Numbered from the stretch's first letter, positions 1 through 10,546 are shown. The stretch is 64,000 nucleotides of DNA from Euryarchaeota archaeon UBA125 (GCA_002502625.1 DAPV01000035.1:6279-70278); one strand, 5' to 3'. The notes: generated by a model from the sequence alone, not told the origin. A program made the numbers and translations.

Positions 1-2005
1 AATAAATAGTATTGATGATGCAAAAAATATTGTTAAATTAGAGAATGAGAGAAAAAGAATATTAGATGAAAAACGACGTACTGCTAGGATTCAAGCAGAA
101 ACTGCAGCAAGGCAAAGAGGAGAAGATATTGCAGCAACGGAATTAGCAGGTAAAGAGGCACAAGAGGCAATTGAAGATCTTGGTTCAGATGACGAAGAAA
201 GTCTGAATAATGCAAAAATTGAACTTGATGAAAACGAGGTGATGAATAGTCTTTGGATTGTAAATAATGTTAGTTCATTGGAGTGGATAGATGCTGCTCC
301 ATGTCGAGTTGGTTGTCGAATGGGTCGTCCAGAGAAGTCTGCGCCCAGAGAAATGAAGCAGAAAGCACATGCACTCTATCCAATCCAAAATTATGGTGGC
401 CCACAACGATTGTTGGCAACTGCAGTATCTAGAGAAGGATCTATTCGAGTAACTGTTGGGCCTAGAAGATGCTTGAGATGCGATAGAGAAACTCCCCATA
501 TTCGATGTCATCATCGAACTATACCAAATGAACCTCAAGAATGTGGAGGTAGAACTGTTCCAGCAGATAGACGTGGGGGGCATCTTCGAAATCGATTGGG
601 TGAATTAACAACTATTCCTCTCGCTGATATCCTAGAAGTCAAGCGAATTTCACTTGGACTTGACAGATTACCTGAACGAATCAAGGCAATGAAGGGACTG
701 ACTTCCAAAGCTCAATATCCTGAACCTATTGAGAAAGGAATTCTAAGAGCAATTCATGATGTATCTGCATTTAGGGATGGTACCATTCGTTACGATATGA
801 TTGATGTCCCTGTAACTCATTTTAGACCAATAGAAATTGGTACATCAGTAGAGAAATTAGTCGAATTGGGATACACCCACGATATTAGAGGAAATGAATT
901 GAAAGAAGATACTCAAATCTTAGAATTATTTCCTCAGGATTTTATTCCCAGCAGAGATGGAGGAGAACATCTACTAAAAATTAGTCAATATCTAGATGAT
1001 CTCTTGGTTAGATTTTACAAGATGGAACCAGAGTTTAATGCAAAAACCATCGATGATATGGTTGGTCAACTTGGTATTGCACTTGCTCCGCATACTTCAG
1101 GAGGGGTGCTGTGTCGATTTATTGGATGGACAAATGCATCGGCTGGATATGGCCACACATTATTCCATGCAGCAAAGAGAAGAAATTGTGATGGAGATGA
1201 AGACTGTGTCATGCTACTACTCGATGGACTATTGAATTTCAGTCGAATTATTCTCCCATCTTCTAGAGGTGGACGGATGGATGCTCCATTGACATTGACG
1301 ACAAGATTGAATCCAATGGAATTAGACAAAGAAGCATTGCATGTTGATGCAGGATGGAATTATTCCAAGGAATTTTATTTGGAAACATTAGATTCCCCCC
1401 ATCCTCGACAAATTATGGATAAAAAATTAGTTGATCTCGTCAACAATCGAATTGGAACTGTAGGCGCAGTACGAGGATATGGTTTCTCTCACGATTTAGA
1501 ATCATTAGATGCAGGTCCAGTAAACTCGGCTTACAAAACTCTAGGCAGTATGACCGACAAAATGAGTGCACAATTAGCCCTTGGTCGTAAATTACGTAGC
1601 GTAGATGCAAGGATTGTTGCTTCGACCGTGATTGGTTCCCATTTACTCCCAGATGTGAGGGGAAATTTGAATGCATTTAGCAGACAAAAAGTTAGATGTG
1701 CAAAATGTAATCATTCATACAGAAGATTACCATTGGCAGGAAAATGTATCCAAATGCAAGGAGCAAGTGGAGGGTTGCATGGACACCATTCCAGTAGAAT
1801 GGAAGAAACTCGATGTGGGGGTAATCTGATTCTGACTGTTTCTCAAGGAGCAGTAAGAAAATATCTTGGCGTTATCAATCATGTAATCGATAATTTCGGA
1901 ATTGATCCCTACACTCAACAATATGTAGATTGGATGGCAGATAGTGTAGAGTCCGTCTTTCAAAATGATAGAGTTACGGTCTATACGTTAGATGATTTTC
2001 TTTGA
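1..2005 (+). CDS. DNA polymerase II (PolD) large subunit DP2, C-terminal part; 5' end lies outside the window
   Basis: The reading frame is open from position 2 (no stop between 2 and the GTG at 239). Seen: ...CRMGRPEKS..., ...HAAKRRNCDGDEDCVMLLLDGLLNFS... (from memory, resembles the DP2 catalytic-core signature), and the C-terminal Zn finger CAKCNHSYRRLPLAGKCIQ...ETRCGG. Confidence 0.9.
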   Translation, partial: INSIDDAKNIVKLENERKRILDEKRRTARIQAETAARQRGEDIAATELAGKEAQEAIEDLGSDDEESLNNAKIELDENEVMNSLWIVNNVSSLEWIDAAPCRVGCRMGRPEKSAPREMKQKAHALYPIQNYGGPQRLLATAVSREGSIRVTVGPRRCLRCDRETPHIRCHHRTIPNEPQECGGRTVPADRRGGHLRNRLGELTTIPLADILEVKRISLGLDRLPERIKAMKGLTSKAQYPEPIEKGILRAIHDVSAFRDGTIRYDMIDVPVTHFRPIEIGTSVEKLVELGYTHDIRGNELKEDTQILELFPQDFIPSRDGGEHLLKISQYLDDLLVRFYKMEPEFNAKTIDDMVGQLGIALAPHTSGGVLCRFIGWTNASAGYGHTLFHAAKRRNCDGDEDCVMLLLDGLLNFSRIILPSSRGGRMDAPLTLTTRLNPMELDKEALHVDAGWNYSKEFYLETLDSPHPRQIMDKKLVDLVNNRIGTVGAVRGYGFSHDLESLDAGPVNSAYKTLGSMTDKMSAQLALGRKLRSVDARIVASTVIGSHLLPDVRGNLNAFSRQKVRCAKCNHSYRRLPLAGKCIQMQGASGGLHGHHSSRMEETRCGGNLILTVSQGAVRKYLGVINHVIDNFGIDPYTQQYVDWMADSVESVFQNDRVTVYTLDDFL

Positions 2006-2887
2006 CTAGAGATCTCGTCTTTTGTTTTGTCCATCGCCTAGTTTGTCCCACAAATCGCTAATCGTGTCTACATCTTCATCCAGTGTAGCTTTACCTTGTA
2101 ATCTAGATTCATCACCTTCTCCAAGTTCATCAAGCGACTCTAATTCGGCATCCGCATCCTCCATTTCTTGATCTCCTTCTTCCGTTTCCGGTTCTGTTTC
2201 TTCTACAGACCAATGGCGCCTTTTAGACATCAAATTTGAAGCAGAATTAGATTCAGAAAGTAAATCATCTACATCAACTGGATTTCCTCCAGAAATTGAT
2301 TTTTCGACTTCTTTCCATTCCTCACGTAATTTTCGTACAACCGGCGAGCCTCGTTTTAATCGACGGGATTTTGCCCACGAACGTAGAGTTCTGTCTGTAA
2401 CTATCAACATTAATGCAAGTATGTTGGCAACCACATATCCTTCAATTCTAATTGGAGTGTAAAGATCCATCTCTGTTTTAAGATCAATCTCAACTATGTC
2501 TGAAGGGACTGGATATACCTGTCCATTTTGTTTTATTGTGATTAAAAATGATGAGGGACCTGGCGAAAGAGAATATGTTTCTGAGGATGATGCATTTGAA
2601 TTTCCATCAAAAACTTCGATAATGGTTCCGTCCGACAACTCTAGTTCAATGGTAACCTCAGAAGAACCCATTCCATCTACCTCATTAATTTCATAAAACA
2701 CATGAAATGGAATTTCTTTTCCTAGAATATCAGGGCCATCGAATCGATATTCTGTTACAATATCACTATTTGGAGAAATAAGATATTGATCAGCTGATGA
2801 TGTCAGTGCTCCTGTCCAAATTATGTTCAAGAGAACAAAAGTAACGATAGTAGTAATCGCGGACTTTCGTGAATTATCCCCAGTCAC
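2006..2887 (-). CDS. Type-I-like membrane protein: N-terminal signal anchor, extracellular domain, second TM helix, highly acidic cytoplasmic tail
   Basis: N-terminal hydrophobic helix ITTIVTFVLLNIIWTGAL, internal helix YVVANILALMLIV, D/E-rich tail. Its stop codon abuts the DP2 stop (2005/2006, convergent). Its start overlaps the stop of the next gene (ATGA at 2884). Confidence 0.5.
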   Translation of the reverse strand: MTGDNSRKSAITTIVTFVLLNIIWTGALTSSADQYLISPNSDIVTEYRFDGPDILGKEIPFHVFYEINEVDGMGSSEVTIELELSDGTIIEVFDGNSNASSSETYSLSPGPSSFLITIKQNGQVYPVPSDIVEIDLKTEMDLYTPIRIEGYVVANILALMLIVTDRTLRSWAKSRRLKRGSPVVRKLREEWKEVEKSISGGNPVDVDDLLSESNSASNLMSKRRHWSVEETEPETEEGDQEMEDADAELESLDELGEGDESRLQGKATLDEDVDTISDLWDKLGDGQNKRRDL

Positions 2888-3633
2888 TCATGCACCCCCT
2901 CTAACAATTTATCAATGACCTCTTGCATGAATATTAGTTTTCGTAATTTTCTTTCTGGATCTGTTGCTCCTGACCATTGGCCAACAATATCACTTCGATA
3001 TCCTAAAAGATTGATTTCTGAAATTGGCACTCCTAAGAAACCAATCAAACATATTGTACGATCACCATCAGTAAATCCTCCAGGATTGAGCATACCTTCT
3101 ATTCTATCTGGAGTCTGGTGAGTTAATATCACTCTAGGTGGCGAATTCATCTTTGATATTTCTTTGACTAATTTCGCCCAATCATCTTCATTGTCTCCAT
3201 GAGCATGTAAAATATGCATTATTTCCCGTTCCGCTGCTTGAGAAATATGTGGATGACCGTCAGCATCAGTTACCAATGCCAACGTCTGTGACCATATTTC
3301 TTCTCTAATCTCATTTTCAAATTCTTGAATTATTCCAATTGAACCATCGGCAAAAATAAATCGATGATTGGACTTTAGTGCCGATAATATCTCATCGGAT
3401 TCGACTGCTGCACCAACGGCAGCAATTGGACCATTTAGCAATCTCTCTTGGAGAGATACAATGCTGTTCTCTCTTTCTACTACTGTCCAATCTGGAACCT
3501 TTGAGGATAGAGAGTTAACACTCTGTAAAAGCATCATTGCACTTTCTCTATCAGATTCTAAAGGCCATGAAAACTGGGCTCGAACTCGATCTTGAATCCT
3601 CATTCCAATCGAACGAACCTCATGAGGGCCCAT
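2884..3633 (-). CDS. DUF115/MptE-like protein (possible archaeal 6-hydroxymethyl-7,8-dihydropterin diphosphokinase)
   Basis: 249-aa soluble protein with ...FIFADGSIG..., ...LVTDADGHPH...HAHGDNED... motifs, recalled as typical of the MptE/DUF115 fold. No alignment was possible here. Confidence 0.35.
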   Translation of the reverse strand: MGPHEVRSIGMRIQDRVRAQFSWPLESDRESAMMLLQSVNSLSSKVPDWTVVERENSIVSLQERLLNGPIAAVGAAVESDEILSALKSNHRFIFADGSIGIIQEFENEIREEIWSQTLALVTDADGHPHISQAAEREIMHILHAHGDNEDDWAKLVKEISKMNSPPRVILTHQTPDRIEGMLNPGGFTDGDRTICLIGFLGVPISEINLLGYRSDIVGQWSGATDPERKLRKLIFMQEVIDKLLEGVHE

Positions 3634-3690
3634 GGTGTGTACAGACCGGTCGCGTTGAAGAACCCCCGTGTTACTTCATGCCTGAGAATC

Positions 3691-4842
3691 ATGCCCATGC
3701 CGTTGCGTCCTCCTCTCATTGATGATGCAAAAGTGCTAGCACGCTATCCGTTTTTACCACAATCCGCTGAAAATACTCGAACCATATTATCTGATAATGG
3801 AATTAGTATGGAAGATTTACTTTCAGCCGCATGGTTATCTGATATTCGTCGTAAAGGAGATATGAGGGTGAAAGAATCAGTCCTACATGATGATGGAATT
3901 GAACAAAGTTCTGGAGATCTGAGTACTGAACTTGGGAGAATGTCAGAAAGTCTCTCGTTTCTTTATGCAATGATGGTCGCTTGTGCCACATTTGACGAAA
4001 GGGTTACTGCAAGATGGGCAGAAGGAGAGTCTACTCGAGCAGATAAATTACTAGGAAGTGATATTCTAATTTTTGAAAAAATCGCTACTACTTATTTATC
4101 TAATATTCAGAGCGAAATTAAAAATGGGGAGACCATCTATTCAATCCCTTTAACCGATTTTATTGAACTTAGTCCTAGAATTAGTGGAGACTATTGGAGG
4201 CTCCCAAACAGGGCTATGAAGGATGGATGGGTAGAAATGGGGCCTTCAACTAGTGAAAATAGTCAACAAAGATTAGCTAGACTAATCAAAGAAAGGATTC
4301 GTGAAGACTTGAGAAAACGTTGCGATGACAGGATGGAAAAAATAGATGAAGAGTTTGCTGAAAGATTGAGCGAACCTGTTGGGGCTGTATTGACTATTCT
4401 ACAATCAAGATCTACTCTAAATTTTGAAGCAGGAGAAGCAACTAGATCAGATTGGCCACCATGTATGGAGATTGCAATTAAAGAATTGTCAATGGGAGAA
4501 AATGTAAACCATTCTGGTCGTCTTTTCCTCGCTGCGATTAGTGCTGCACTTGGCATCGAGCAAGAGCAGTGTGCTTCATTCTTTCAAGGTGCACCTGACT
4601 ATAATCCTGAAACTACTAGCTATCAGATTGGTCATGTGTATGACAGAGAATATACCCCAGCTGGTTGTAGCCGATTAAAGATGGATGGAAGATGTCCTGT
4701 TTCACCTGGAGATGATCCCATTTGTGATAAGCCGAAAATGAAGCATCCATTGTCGTATGTTTGGTGGAAACAAAGAGATCGGTCTCAGGCAGAAGAACCA
4801 AGAGAATCAAACGAAGAATCTGCGGAGTCGGCCAACCCTTGA
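3691..4842 (+). CDS. priL: DNA primase large subunit PriL
   Basis: C-terminal 4Fe-4S domain with ...DWPPCMEIAIKEL... and three further Cys (QCASFF, AGCSRLK, GRCPVSPGDDPIC). The ORF-track start at 3592 overlaps the divergent gene, so a downstream ATG (3691) was chosen. Confidence 0.7.
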   Translation: MPMPLRPPLIDDAKVLARYPFLPQSAENTRTILSDNGISMEDLLSAAWLSDIRRKGDMRVKESVLHDDGIEQSSGDLSTELGRMSESLSFLYAMMVACATFDERVTARWAEGESTRADKLLGSDILIFEKIATTYLSNIQSEIKNGETIYSIPLTDFIELSPRISGDYWRLPNRAMKDGWVEMGPSTSENSQQRLARLIKERIREDLRKRCDDRMEKIDEEFAERLSEPVGAVLTILQSRSTLNFEAGEATRSDWPPCMEIAIKELSMGENVNHSGRLFLAAISAALGIEQEQCASFFQGAPDYNPETTSYQIGHVYDREYTPAGCSRLKMDGRCPVSPGDDPICDKPKMKHPLSYVWWKQRDRSQAEEPRESNEESAESANP

Positions 4843-4875
4843 TAGGGATGTACTTTTTATCTCCACCCGAAGAAG

Positions 4876-5988
4876 ATGACCCGGACCCTTGTGCTGACTA
4901 TTGATCGAGACAATGATCTCGGAATTAAAGCAGGACTCAGAGGGCCAGTAATTGGAAGGAAATCTACTCTCAGTGCAGCATTAAGACTTGGACTTGCAGA
5001 TCCAGAAGAGAGTGATACAAATGCAATTCTCGGAGCACTTCACCACCATGACAGAATTTTAGATTCTGGTGAGCCGAATGATGCTGTTGAAGTTGCAATA
5101 CTTACAGGGGATGAAAGAGTAGGGGCTCGTTCAGATCGGGCAATTGCAAAACAGCTTGAAGAAGTAATTTCTGAATTTCAACCAGATTGCGCTATCTTAG
5201 TTACAGACGGAGCAGAAGATGAGGCTGTAATGCCAATCATTCAAAGTAGAGTTCGAATTGATTATGTTGAGAAAATTATTGTAAGACAAAGTAAGGGTAT
5301 TGAAGGTACATTTTACTATATCATGAAAGCAATCGAGGATCCTAAATGGAGAGCACGGCTTCTTGTTCCATTATCTGTGTTCATGATGATAATTGGTTTA
5401 GGAATGATCTTGCCAGGTGGAGGAGTTCTAATTGGTGCAATGCCCCTTATTGTCGGAATTTGGTTACTAGCAAAAGGACTTGGGGCTGAAAATCAATTTG
5501 AACGTTTGATGCTTGACATGAGAGATAGTGCAATGGGTGGGATCATTTCATCGCTTCTATGGGCATTTGCATCATTCTCAAGTTTACTAGCAATTTTGGA
5601 ATCCTATCGTACAATAGTGCAAGCAGATTCTGATTTATCTACCGTTCAAATAGCAATTGAAGCAATGGATAGTGGATTACAATGGATTGTTCTCGCCTCT
5701 CTTGCTGTAGCAATGTCAATGGTAGTTTTGAGATGGAGAAGAGGTACGCTAACAGGACGTGTTTTCCAAATTATGGCTGGAGGAGTAGTCATTTACGCAT
5801 TTGCTGAGGCAGGACTTGATGTCGCTAGACAAATTACAGGCGGAGTAACATATGAATTAGATCCGGGAGTTATCTACAACGATTGGGGATTGGCCGTAGT
5901 TGCAATAGTTGTTTATTGGATGGTAAGAACCGGTGTGAAATCTTGGTCAACCAGACAAGAAACGCAAGGACGATTTTGGGGAGTTTAA
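4876..5988 (+). CDS. DUF373-family archaeal membrane protein
   Basis: N-terminus LVLTIDRDNDLGIKAGLRGPVIGR...LADPEESDTNAILGA followed by several TM helices. This matches what I recall of DUF373. Confidence 0.45.
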   Translation: MTRTLVLTIDRDNDLGIKAGLRGPVIGRKSTLSAALRLGLADPEESDTNAILGALHHHDRILDSGEPNDAVEVAILTGDERVGARSDRAIAKQLEEVISEFQPDCAILVTDGAEDEAVMPIIQSRVRIDYVEKIIVRQSKGIEGTFYYIMKAIEDPKWRARLLVPLSVFMMIIGLGMILPGGGVLIGAMPLIVGIWLLAKGLGAENQFERLMLDMRDSAMGGIISSLLWAFASFSSLLAILESYRTIVQADSDLSTVQIAIEAMDSGLQWIVLASLAVAMSMVVLRWRRGTLTGRVFQIMAGGVVIYAFAEAGLDVARQITGGVTYELDPGVIYNDWGLAVVAIVVYWMVRTGVKSWSTRQETQGRFWGV

Positions 5989-5991
5989 TTA

Positions 5992-6423
5992 CTACTCAAA
6001 AAATAATTCATACATACAATGAGGACAAGTAACTCGAATTGGGCGTATTGAAGGTATTCCAAGTGGAGACCTGCACTCCGTACAAACAATTGCTTGATCT
6101 ACTTGTGATTGACGTGCTCGTCCTGACTCACTAGGATCGTATTCCATACGAAAACGATGGGCATTTTGCAATGCTTCGGGTTTATCTGTCGAATTTTGAG
6201 TAGGTTCCAAATCATAATCTACAGATTTACTTCGTGCAAAAGATGGATCTAGAATTGGATCTAGTTTAGGTTCTGGAGATTCTCCTTTGGCACTAGCCAT
6301 TAATTGCAAGAGTTCTTCTTCGGATACACTATACTCAACTGTAATTCGATCTATTTCTAACATTTGTTCGTATCCGTCCATTGAAATTAGGCTAGAAATG
6401 ACTGAGGCTGGAACGTCTGCCAT
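5992..6423 (-). CDS. Hypothetical protein with C-terminal zinc ribbon
   Basis: CTEC...CPHC pairs at the C-terminus. No other recognisable domain. Confidence 0.4.
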   Translation of the reverse strand: MADVPASVISSLISMDGYEQMLEIDRITVEYSVSEEELLQLMASAKGESPEPKLDPILDPSFARSKSVDYDLEPTQNSTDKPEALQNAHRFRMEYDPSESGRARQSQVDQAIVCTECRSPLGIPSIRPIRVTCPHCMYELFFE

Positions 6424-6507
6424 AAAAACGGAGTAGATAACTATCTCTTGACATTTGAGTATGGTCGTTTACTAATATTCACAAAGGAGAATGTTTTCAA
6501 ATGTTTC

Positions 6508-7212
6508 ATGAGCGACGGTGTTGGTTCACTTTACATGTTAAACACATGTCCATTTACATGGAAGGTTAGAGCGCTTCTTGATCATCTAGATCTTCCTCAT
6601 GAAAGAGTAAAAATCAATCCACTAAAAATCAAAAAAAGTGTTTCATTTGCAGGAGATTGGGGAAAAACACCAGTATGGAAAATGTCTGATGGAGAAGTTG
6701 TTGTTGATTCTACTCCGATTATGAAAAGAATCGATGAAGTCTACAACAATGGAAATCTATGGAAAATGGACGATCAAGTTCGTAGAGATAAATGGATGGA
6801 ATGGGCAGATACTAAAATGAAAGATGCAACTATTCCAATCCTCTATGGATCAATTGGTTCTGCATTATCTACAACTAGATCTGTAGCAAAACACGAACGA
6901 TTTGGTTTCTTTACAGGACGAATCTATGCTTGGCTAGGTTTTCCCATAATGTGGGGGATTATTGCTAAAAAAAGAACCAAGAAAACTGGAATGGAACCTG
7001 GTGAACTATGGCATCATTTACTCAATGAATGGACTGAAGAGATTGGAGAAAAGTCGTTTTTTGGAGGTAACACCCCCCATATTGTTGATCTTGCAGTTTT
7101 CGGATATATGCAATCCATTGAGATGCATTCCAAAGCATTTCGTTTGATTGAAAATCACTCTAAAGGTATGCTATGGTTTAACCGAATGAGAAATTCTACA
7201 GTTGCTCAATAA
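6508..7212 (+). CDS. Glutaredoxin-2/GST-N-like thioredoxin-fold protein with C-terminal hydrophobic segment
   Basis: SLYMLNTCPFTWKVRALLD... (CPF(T/Y) motif after a beta-strand), later ...VVVDSTPIMKRIDEVY. Start chosen at an internal ATG; the ORF-track start is 6448. Confidence 0.45.
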   Translation: MSDGVGSLYMLNTCPFTWKVRALLDHLDLPHERVKINPLKIKKSVSFAGDWGKTPVWKMSDGEVVVDSTPIMKRIDEVYNNGNLWKMDDQVRRDKWMEWADTKMKDATIPILYGSIGSALSTTRSVAKHERFGFFTGRIYAWLGFPIMWGIIAKKRTKKTGMEPGELWHHLLNEWTEEIGEKSFFGGNTPHIVDLAVFGYMQSIEMHSKAFRLIENHSKGMLWFNRMRNSTVAQ

Positions 7213-7998
7213 CTACATTTCTTCTACATGTAAACCGAATGTTGCTAGCATTGCAAGTAATCCTAGACAACAAGAAGAGTAGTAATGTCCTTGGCTAAAG
7301 AATACCAAACCAGCTCCAGTTCGTAATAACAGAGTACTCTTCGTTCGCCACCCTGTAATCCCAAAGAATACCGCAATTAGAGATATACCAATGAAAATCG
7401 TTCCTGCTATATCATACACAGCTGCAGCAGTAGGATCGTAGAGTTCTTTGCCCCTTTCTTCTTCACTAAGATCCATCCATCGAGTCAAACCATTTGATTT
7501 CTGTTCAATTAAATCAAAATCTTCAGGAGCAGCAAAATCTAGGTTAAGATGCGTAAAACCATATGGTTCAAAAAGTGCTCCAGGAGACAATAATATTCGA
7601 TGAGTCATGCCCTCAGATGGATTGGACATATTTACTACATACATACTCATTAATCCTGGATTAAGACCCTCTAATCGAAATCTTCCTTGCGAGTCAGTAG
7701 TTGCTGCAGGTCGTGTGATTCTCTGAATCCCATCTTCGTCAATAACTGGAGTGACAACTTCAATGGTGAAATTGACACCTGGAGAACCGTCATGTAATGT
7801 AAGAACACCAGTAAGTATTGCAGATCCTGGAGCGGATGTGCTCAACAAATTTGCAGTCTGAGTTTGACTGTAAATGAAACCTCTGTCAGTTACTAACCCC
7901 CCATCTCCTTCAATGAAATCATAACCATTGACTGTACCTAAGATACTTGCTAATAAAATAAACAATAACGCAACATGCATCCTCGGATCACGTGGCAT
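7213..7998 (-). CDS. Secreted/membrane-anchored protein with carboxypeptidase-regulatory-like (CarD-like) domain
   Basis: Signal-peptide-like MHVALLFILLASILGTVNG. ...TTDSQGRFRLEGLNPG... is typical of the CarboxypepD_reg beta-sandwich. C-terminal TM helices. The ORF track extends the N-terminus to 8103. Confidence 0.45.
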   Translation of the reverse strand: MPRDPRMHVALLFILLASILGTVNGYDFIEGDGGLVTDRGFIYSQTQTANLLSTSAPGSAILTGVLTLHDGSPGVNFTIEVVTPVIDEDGIQRITRPAATTDSQGRFRLEGLNPGLMSMYVVNMSNPSEGMTHRILLSPGALFEPYGFTHLNLDFAAPEDFDLIEQKSNGLTRWMDLSEEERGKELYDPTAAAVYDIAGTIFIGISLIAVFFGITGWRTKSTLLLRTGAGLVFFSQGHYYSSCCLGLLAMLATFGLHVEEM

Positions 7999-8125
7999 CT
8001 GAGAAGGGAGAAGGAGTGTTGCTCCTGTAGAGGCAAATACTGGTTCTTCCTCTGGAATAGATGAAAGTGGGACCGGTTTGGGCACTACTTCGTCTCCGTC
8101 CACGGTGGGTTATTCGCGCCCCCCC

Positions 8126-9511
8126 TTATTCAGATTGCGAAGTTTTGATAATTTCAGAAATTCTAGATCCCAGTGATTGTTGTAATCTAAACCAATCAAC
8201 AGGATCAATCCATGCAATCATTCGAAGACCTTGGTCATTCACTTCTCGTTCACGAACCATTGCCATTCTCCTTATTTGAGATTCTATTGCTGCAAGTGGC
8301 CTTGCATTAGGTAAGGATGTGTCAGAGATTTGCATCTCAATAGGAGGGCCATGTAATCGAGTCAATATTCCTGACCTCAAATCCTCTATTCCATCTGAAG
8401 AGGATGAAGACGTTACAACTGCATCTTCAACACTAAGTAATTGTAAAGCTCTCTGTACTTCTACGAGATGTTCGTCAGAACATGAATCTGATTTAGTTAG
8501 AACTACTTGAAGATCATATGGCTCTAAATCGTGATCTGTTCGATCAAATAATTCACGTCTGGACGTCTCAAATTTTCGAATTAATTCAGGAATCGAGTCT
8601 GATGCATCAAGTAAGAGCAATAGAAGATCACAGTCGATACTCTCTAGCAATGTAGCAGAAAATGCATCGAGAAGATCTGAAGGAATTTCATCAATGAAAC
8701 CTATTGTGTCCACCAATAAAATTCGGGGACTAAACTGCATTCTCCCAACAGTAGTTTCTAATGTAGAAAAGTATCTATCTTCTACCAAAACTGGTTTACC
8801 ACAAAGCGCTGCAAACAAACTTGACTTGCCTGCATTAGTATAACCTGCTAAACCTACAGTTTTTGCACCACTCGATTTTCTCTGTCTTTGTCTCTCTTTG
8901 ATTACTTTTCCATACCTTTTTTGGCGATTTTTTAGAGTTTGTAACTCTCGACTCAATGCTGAAAGAGCGATATTCCATCCTGTTCTACCCCCAGCTCCAA
9001 AACCAAGTCTTTCTCCAGTTGTTTCACGATTTACTAATTCACGTAAAATATTGCGATCTGCATTCAAACGTGCAATTCTAACTTGATTCCTGGCTTCTAC
9101 ACTTGATGCATGTTGAGTAAATAATTCCAATAATAATCTGACTCTGTCCCATGTTTCACATTGAAGTAAATCAGTCAAATTTACTAATTGTCTAGGTGTT
9201 AAATTTGCATTGACAAGTATCAAATCAATGCCAAACCATGGATGTGACTCGGGAGCCATTCTAAGTTCGTCTCGAATGGCCTCGAGGCGACCCCTGCCAA
9301 AATGTAGTCGAGGATTAGAACGTCCTTTTTGAGAAATAATCTCAACAACATCAATATCCATTGTCTTGGATAAACTGAGAAATTCAGAAGGATTTCCTTG
9401 TCTGGTTAACATCAATGCCTTTCTACCAGAATGTGATGTACGTATTTCTTCAGTTAGAACACCACCTGAGCCGGCTATCAACGGTACATTATCCCAATCT
9501 GGTTCTGTCAT
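8126..9511 (-). CDS. hflX: GTPase HflX
   Basis: N-terminal HflX domain and coiled coil, then G1 GLAGYTNAGKSSLF, G3 DTIGFI, G4 TKSD. Confidence 0.8.
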   Translation of the reverse strand: MTEPDWDNVPLIAGSGGVLTEEIRTSHSGRKALMLTRQGNPSEFLSLSKTMDIDVVEIISQKGRSNPRLHFGRGRLEAIRDELRMAPESHPWFGIDLILVNANLTPRQLVNLTDLLQCETWDRVRLLLELFTQHASSVEARNQVRIARLNADRNILRELVNRETTGERLGFGAGGRTGWNIALSALSRELQTLKNRQKRYGKVIKERQRQRKSSGAKTVGLAGYTNAGKSSLFAALCGKPVLVEDRYFSTLETTVGRMQFSPRILLVDTIGFIDEIPSDLLDAFSATLLESIDCDLLLLLLDASDSIPELIRKFETSRRELFDRTDHDLEPYDLQVVLTKSDSCSDEHLVEVQRALQLLSVEDAVVTSSSSSDGIEDLRSGILTRLHGPPIEMQISDTSLPNARPLAAIESQIRRMAMVREREVNDQGLRMIAWIDPVDWFRLQQSLGSRISEIIKTSQSE

Positions 9512-10494
9512 GATTCACCACAACCTGCTGCGTCCAAAATTCTTTGATCTAAACGTGATATAGGTACGCTGTCAGAACGGATTCCTCCCTTCACTACATC
9601 TACTTTCCATACTTGTAGATGAAAATCTCTATGGCTAAATGCATGATGAATCTCACCAACTCTTTCTGGAGATTTTATGTCATTATCAATACATAATGTC
9701 TGAAGGCCATTTGGATCTTCGGTAATTGGTACACCCCATAATCCTCCTAGTTGAGAGCCTTTACGCTGGGACAAAACTATTCCATCAGGCGAAGAAATAA
9801 CCAATGCATGTCCATTCACTTTAGTTGATGATCTACGTTTTGATGCTGGATATTTCGTCGGGTTATCTGTCAATATTGCTTTACAATTCTCTGATACTGG
9901 ACAGGAATTACACTTGGGTGCACGTGGAGTACAAATGATTGCACCTAACTCCATTATTGCTTGGTTCCAATCACCAGGACGGGTTTCATCTAGACTGATG
10001 TTTGCCCATTCTTGTACATCTGTCAAATTTGTATGTTCTATTGCATTTAACCTAGAATATACACGTTTTACATTCCCATCGACTACAGCAATTGGAACAT
10101 CAAAAGAAATTGAAGCAACTGCTGCAGAAGTATAGGGACCAATACCAGGGAGTTTCTCTAATTCTTTAGGATCAGAAGGAATAATTGGAGGATCACGAGA
10201 ACCAATAATCACTGATAATTTATGCAAATTTCTTGCCCGTGCATAATATCCACAACCCTGCCACAATAACATTACTTCTTCCAATGAAGAAATAGACATT
10301 TCATGTAATGTTGGAAATCGTTCGTACATTCTCTTCCAATAACCAAGTCCGACCTCCATTTTTGTTTGTTGGAGAATGAATTCAGAAAGTAAAACTGGCC
10401 ACGGTTCAGGGTTTTTCCTCCAAGGAAGTTCTCTAGCATTACAATCATACCAATCAAGCAGGAGAGCCCTAGGGGGGTAAACTTGGCCCTCCAT
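9508..10494 (-). CDS. mutY: A/G-specific adenine DNA glycosylase MutY (HhH-GPD + 4Fe-4S + NUDIX-like C-terminal domain)
   Basis: ...LPGIGPYTSAAVASISF...VVDGNVKRV..., CTPRAPKCNSCPVSENC cluster loop, C-terminal ...GGLWGVP...HAFSHRDFHL. The ORF-track start (10725) is probably too far upstream; ATG at 10494 chosen. Confidence 0.8.
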   Translation of the reverse strand: MEGQVYPPRALLLDWYDCNARELPWRKNPEPWPVLLSEFILQQTKMEVGLGYWKRMYERFPTLHEMSISSLEEVMLLWQGCGYYARARNLHKLSVIIGSRDPPIIPSDPKELEKLPGIGPYTSAAVASISFDVPIAVVDGNVKRVYSRLNAIEHTNLTDVQEWANISLDETRPGDWNQAIMELGAIICTPRAPKCNSCPVSENCKAILTDNPTKYPASKRRSSTKVNGHALVISSPDGIVLSQRKGSQLGGLWGVPITEDPNGLQTLCIDNDIKSPERVGEIHHAFSHRDFHLQVWKVDVVKGGIRSDSVPISRLDQRILDAAGCGES

Positions 10495-10546
10495 ACTAGC
10501 CAATAAAGTCGGAGCATCCTTATGGGTTATCCATAATTGGAAACTA

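Noticed and set aside
275-1963. Short antisense or out-of-frame ORFs (60-130 aa) inside large genes throughout the ORF track
   Set aside because: They lie entirely within strongly supported CDSs on the opposite strand or in an alternative frame, have no motifs and have skewed composition. They are treated as spurious.
1-2005. Possible intein in DP2 (WIVNN|VSS resembles a His-Asn junction)
   Set aside because: There is no His at the penultimate position and no upstream intein blocks or endonuclease motifs. The flanking sequence is charged low-complexity, not intein-like.
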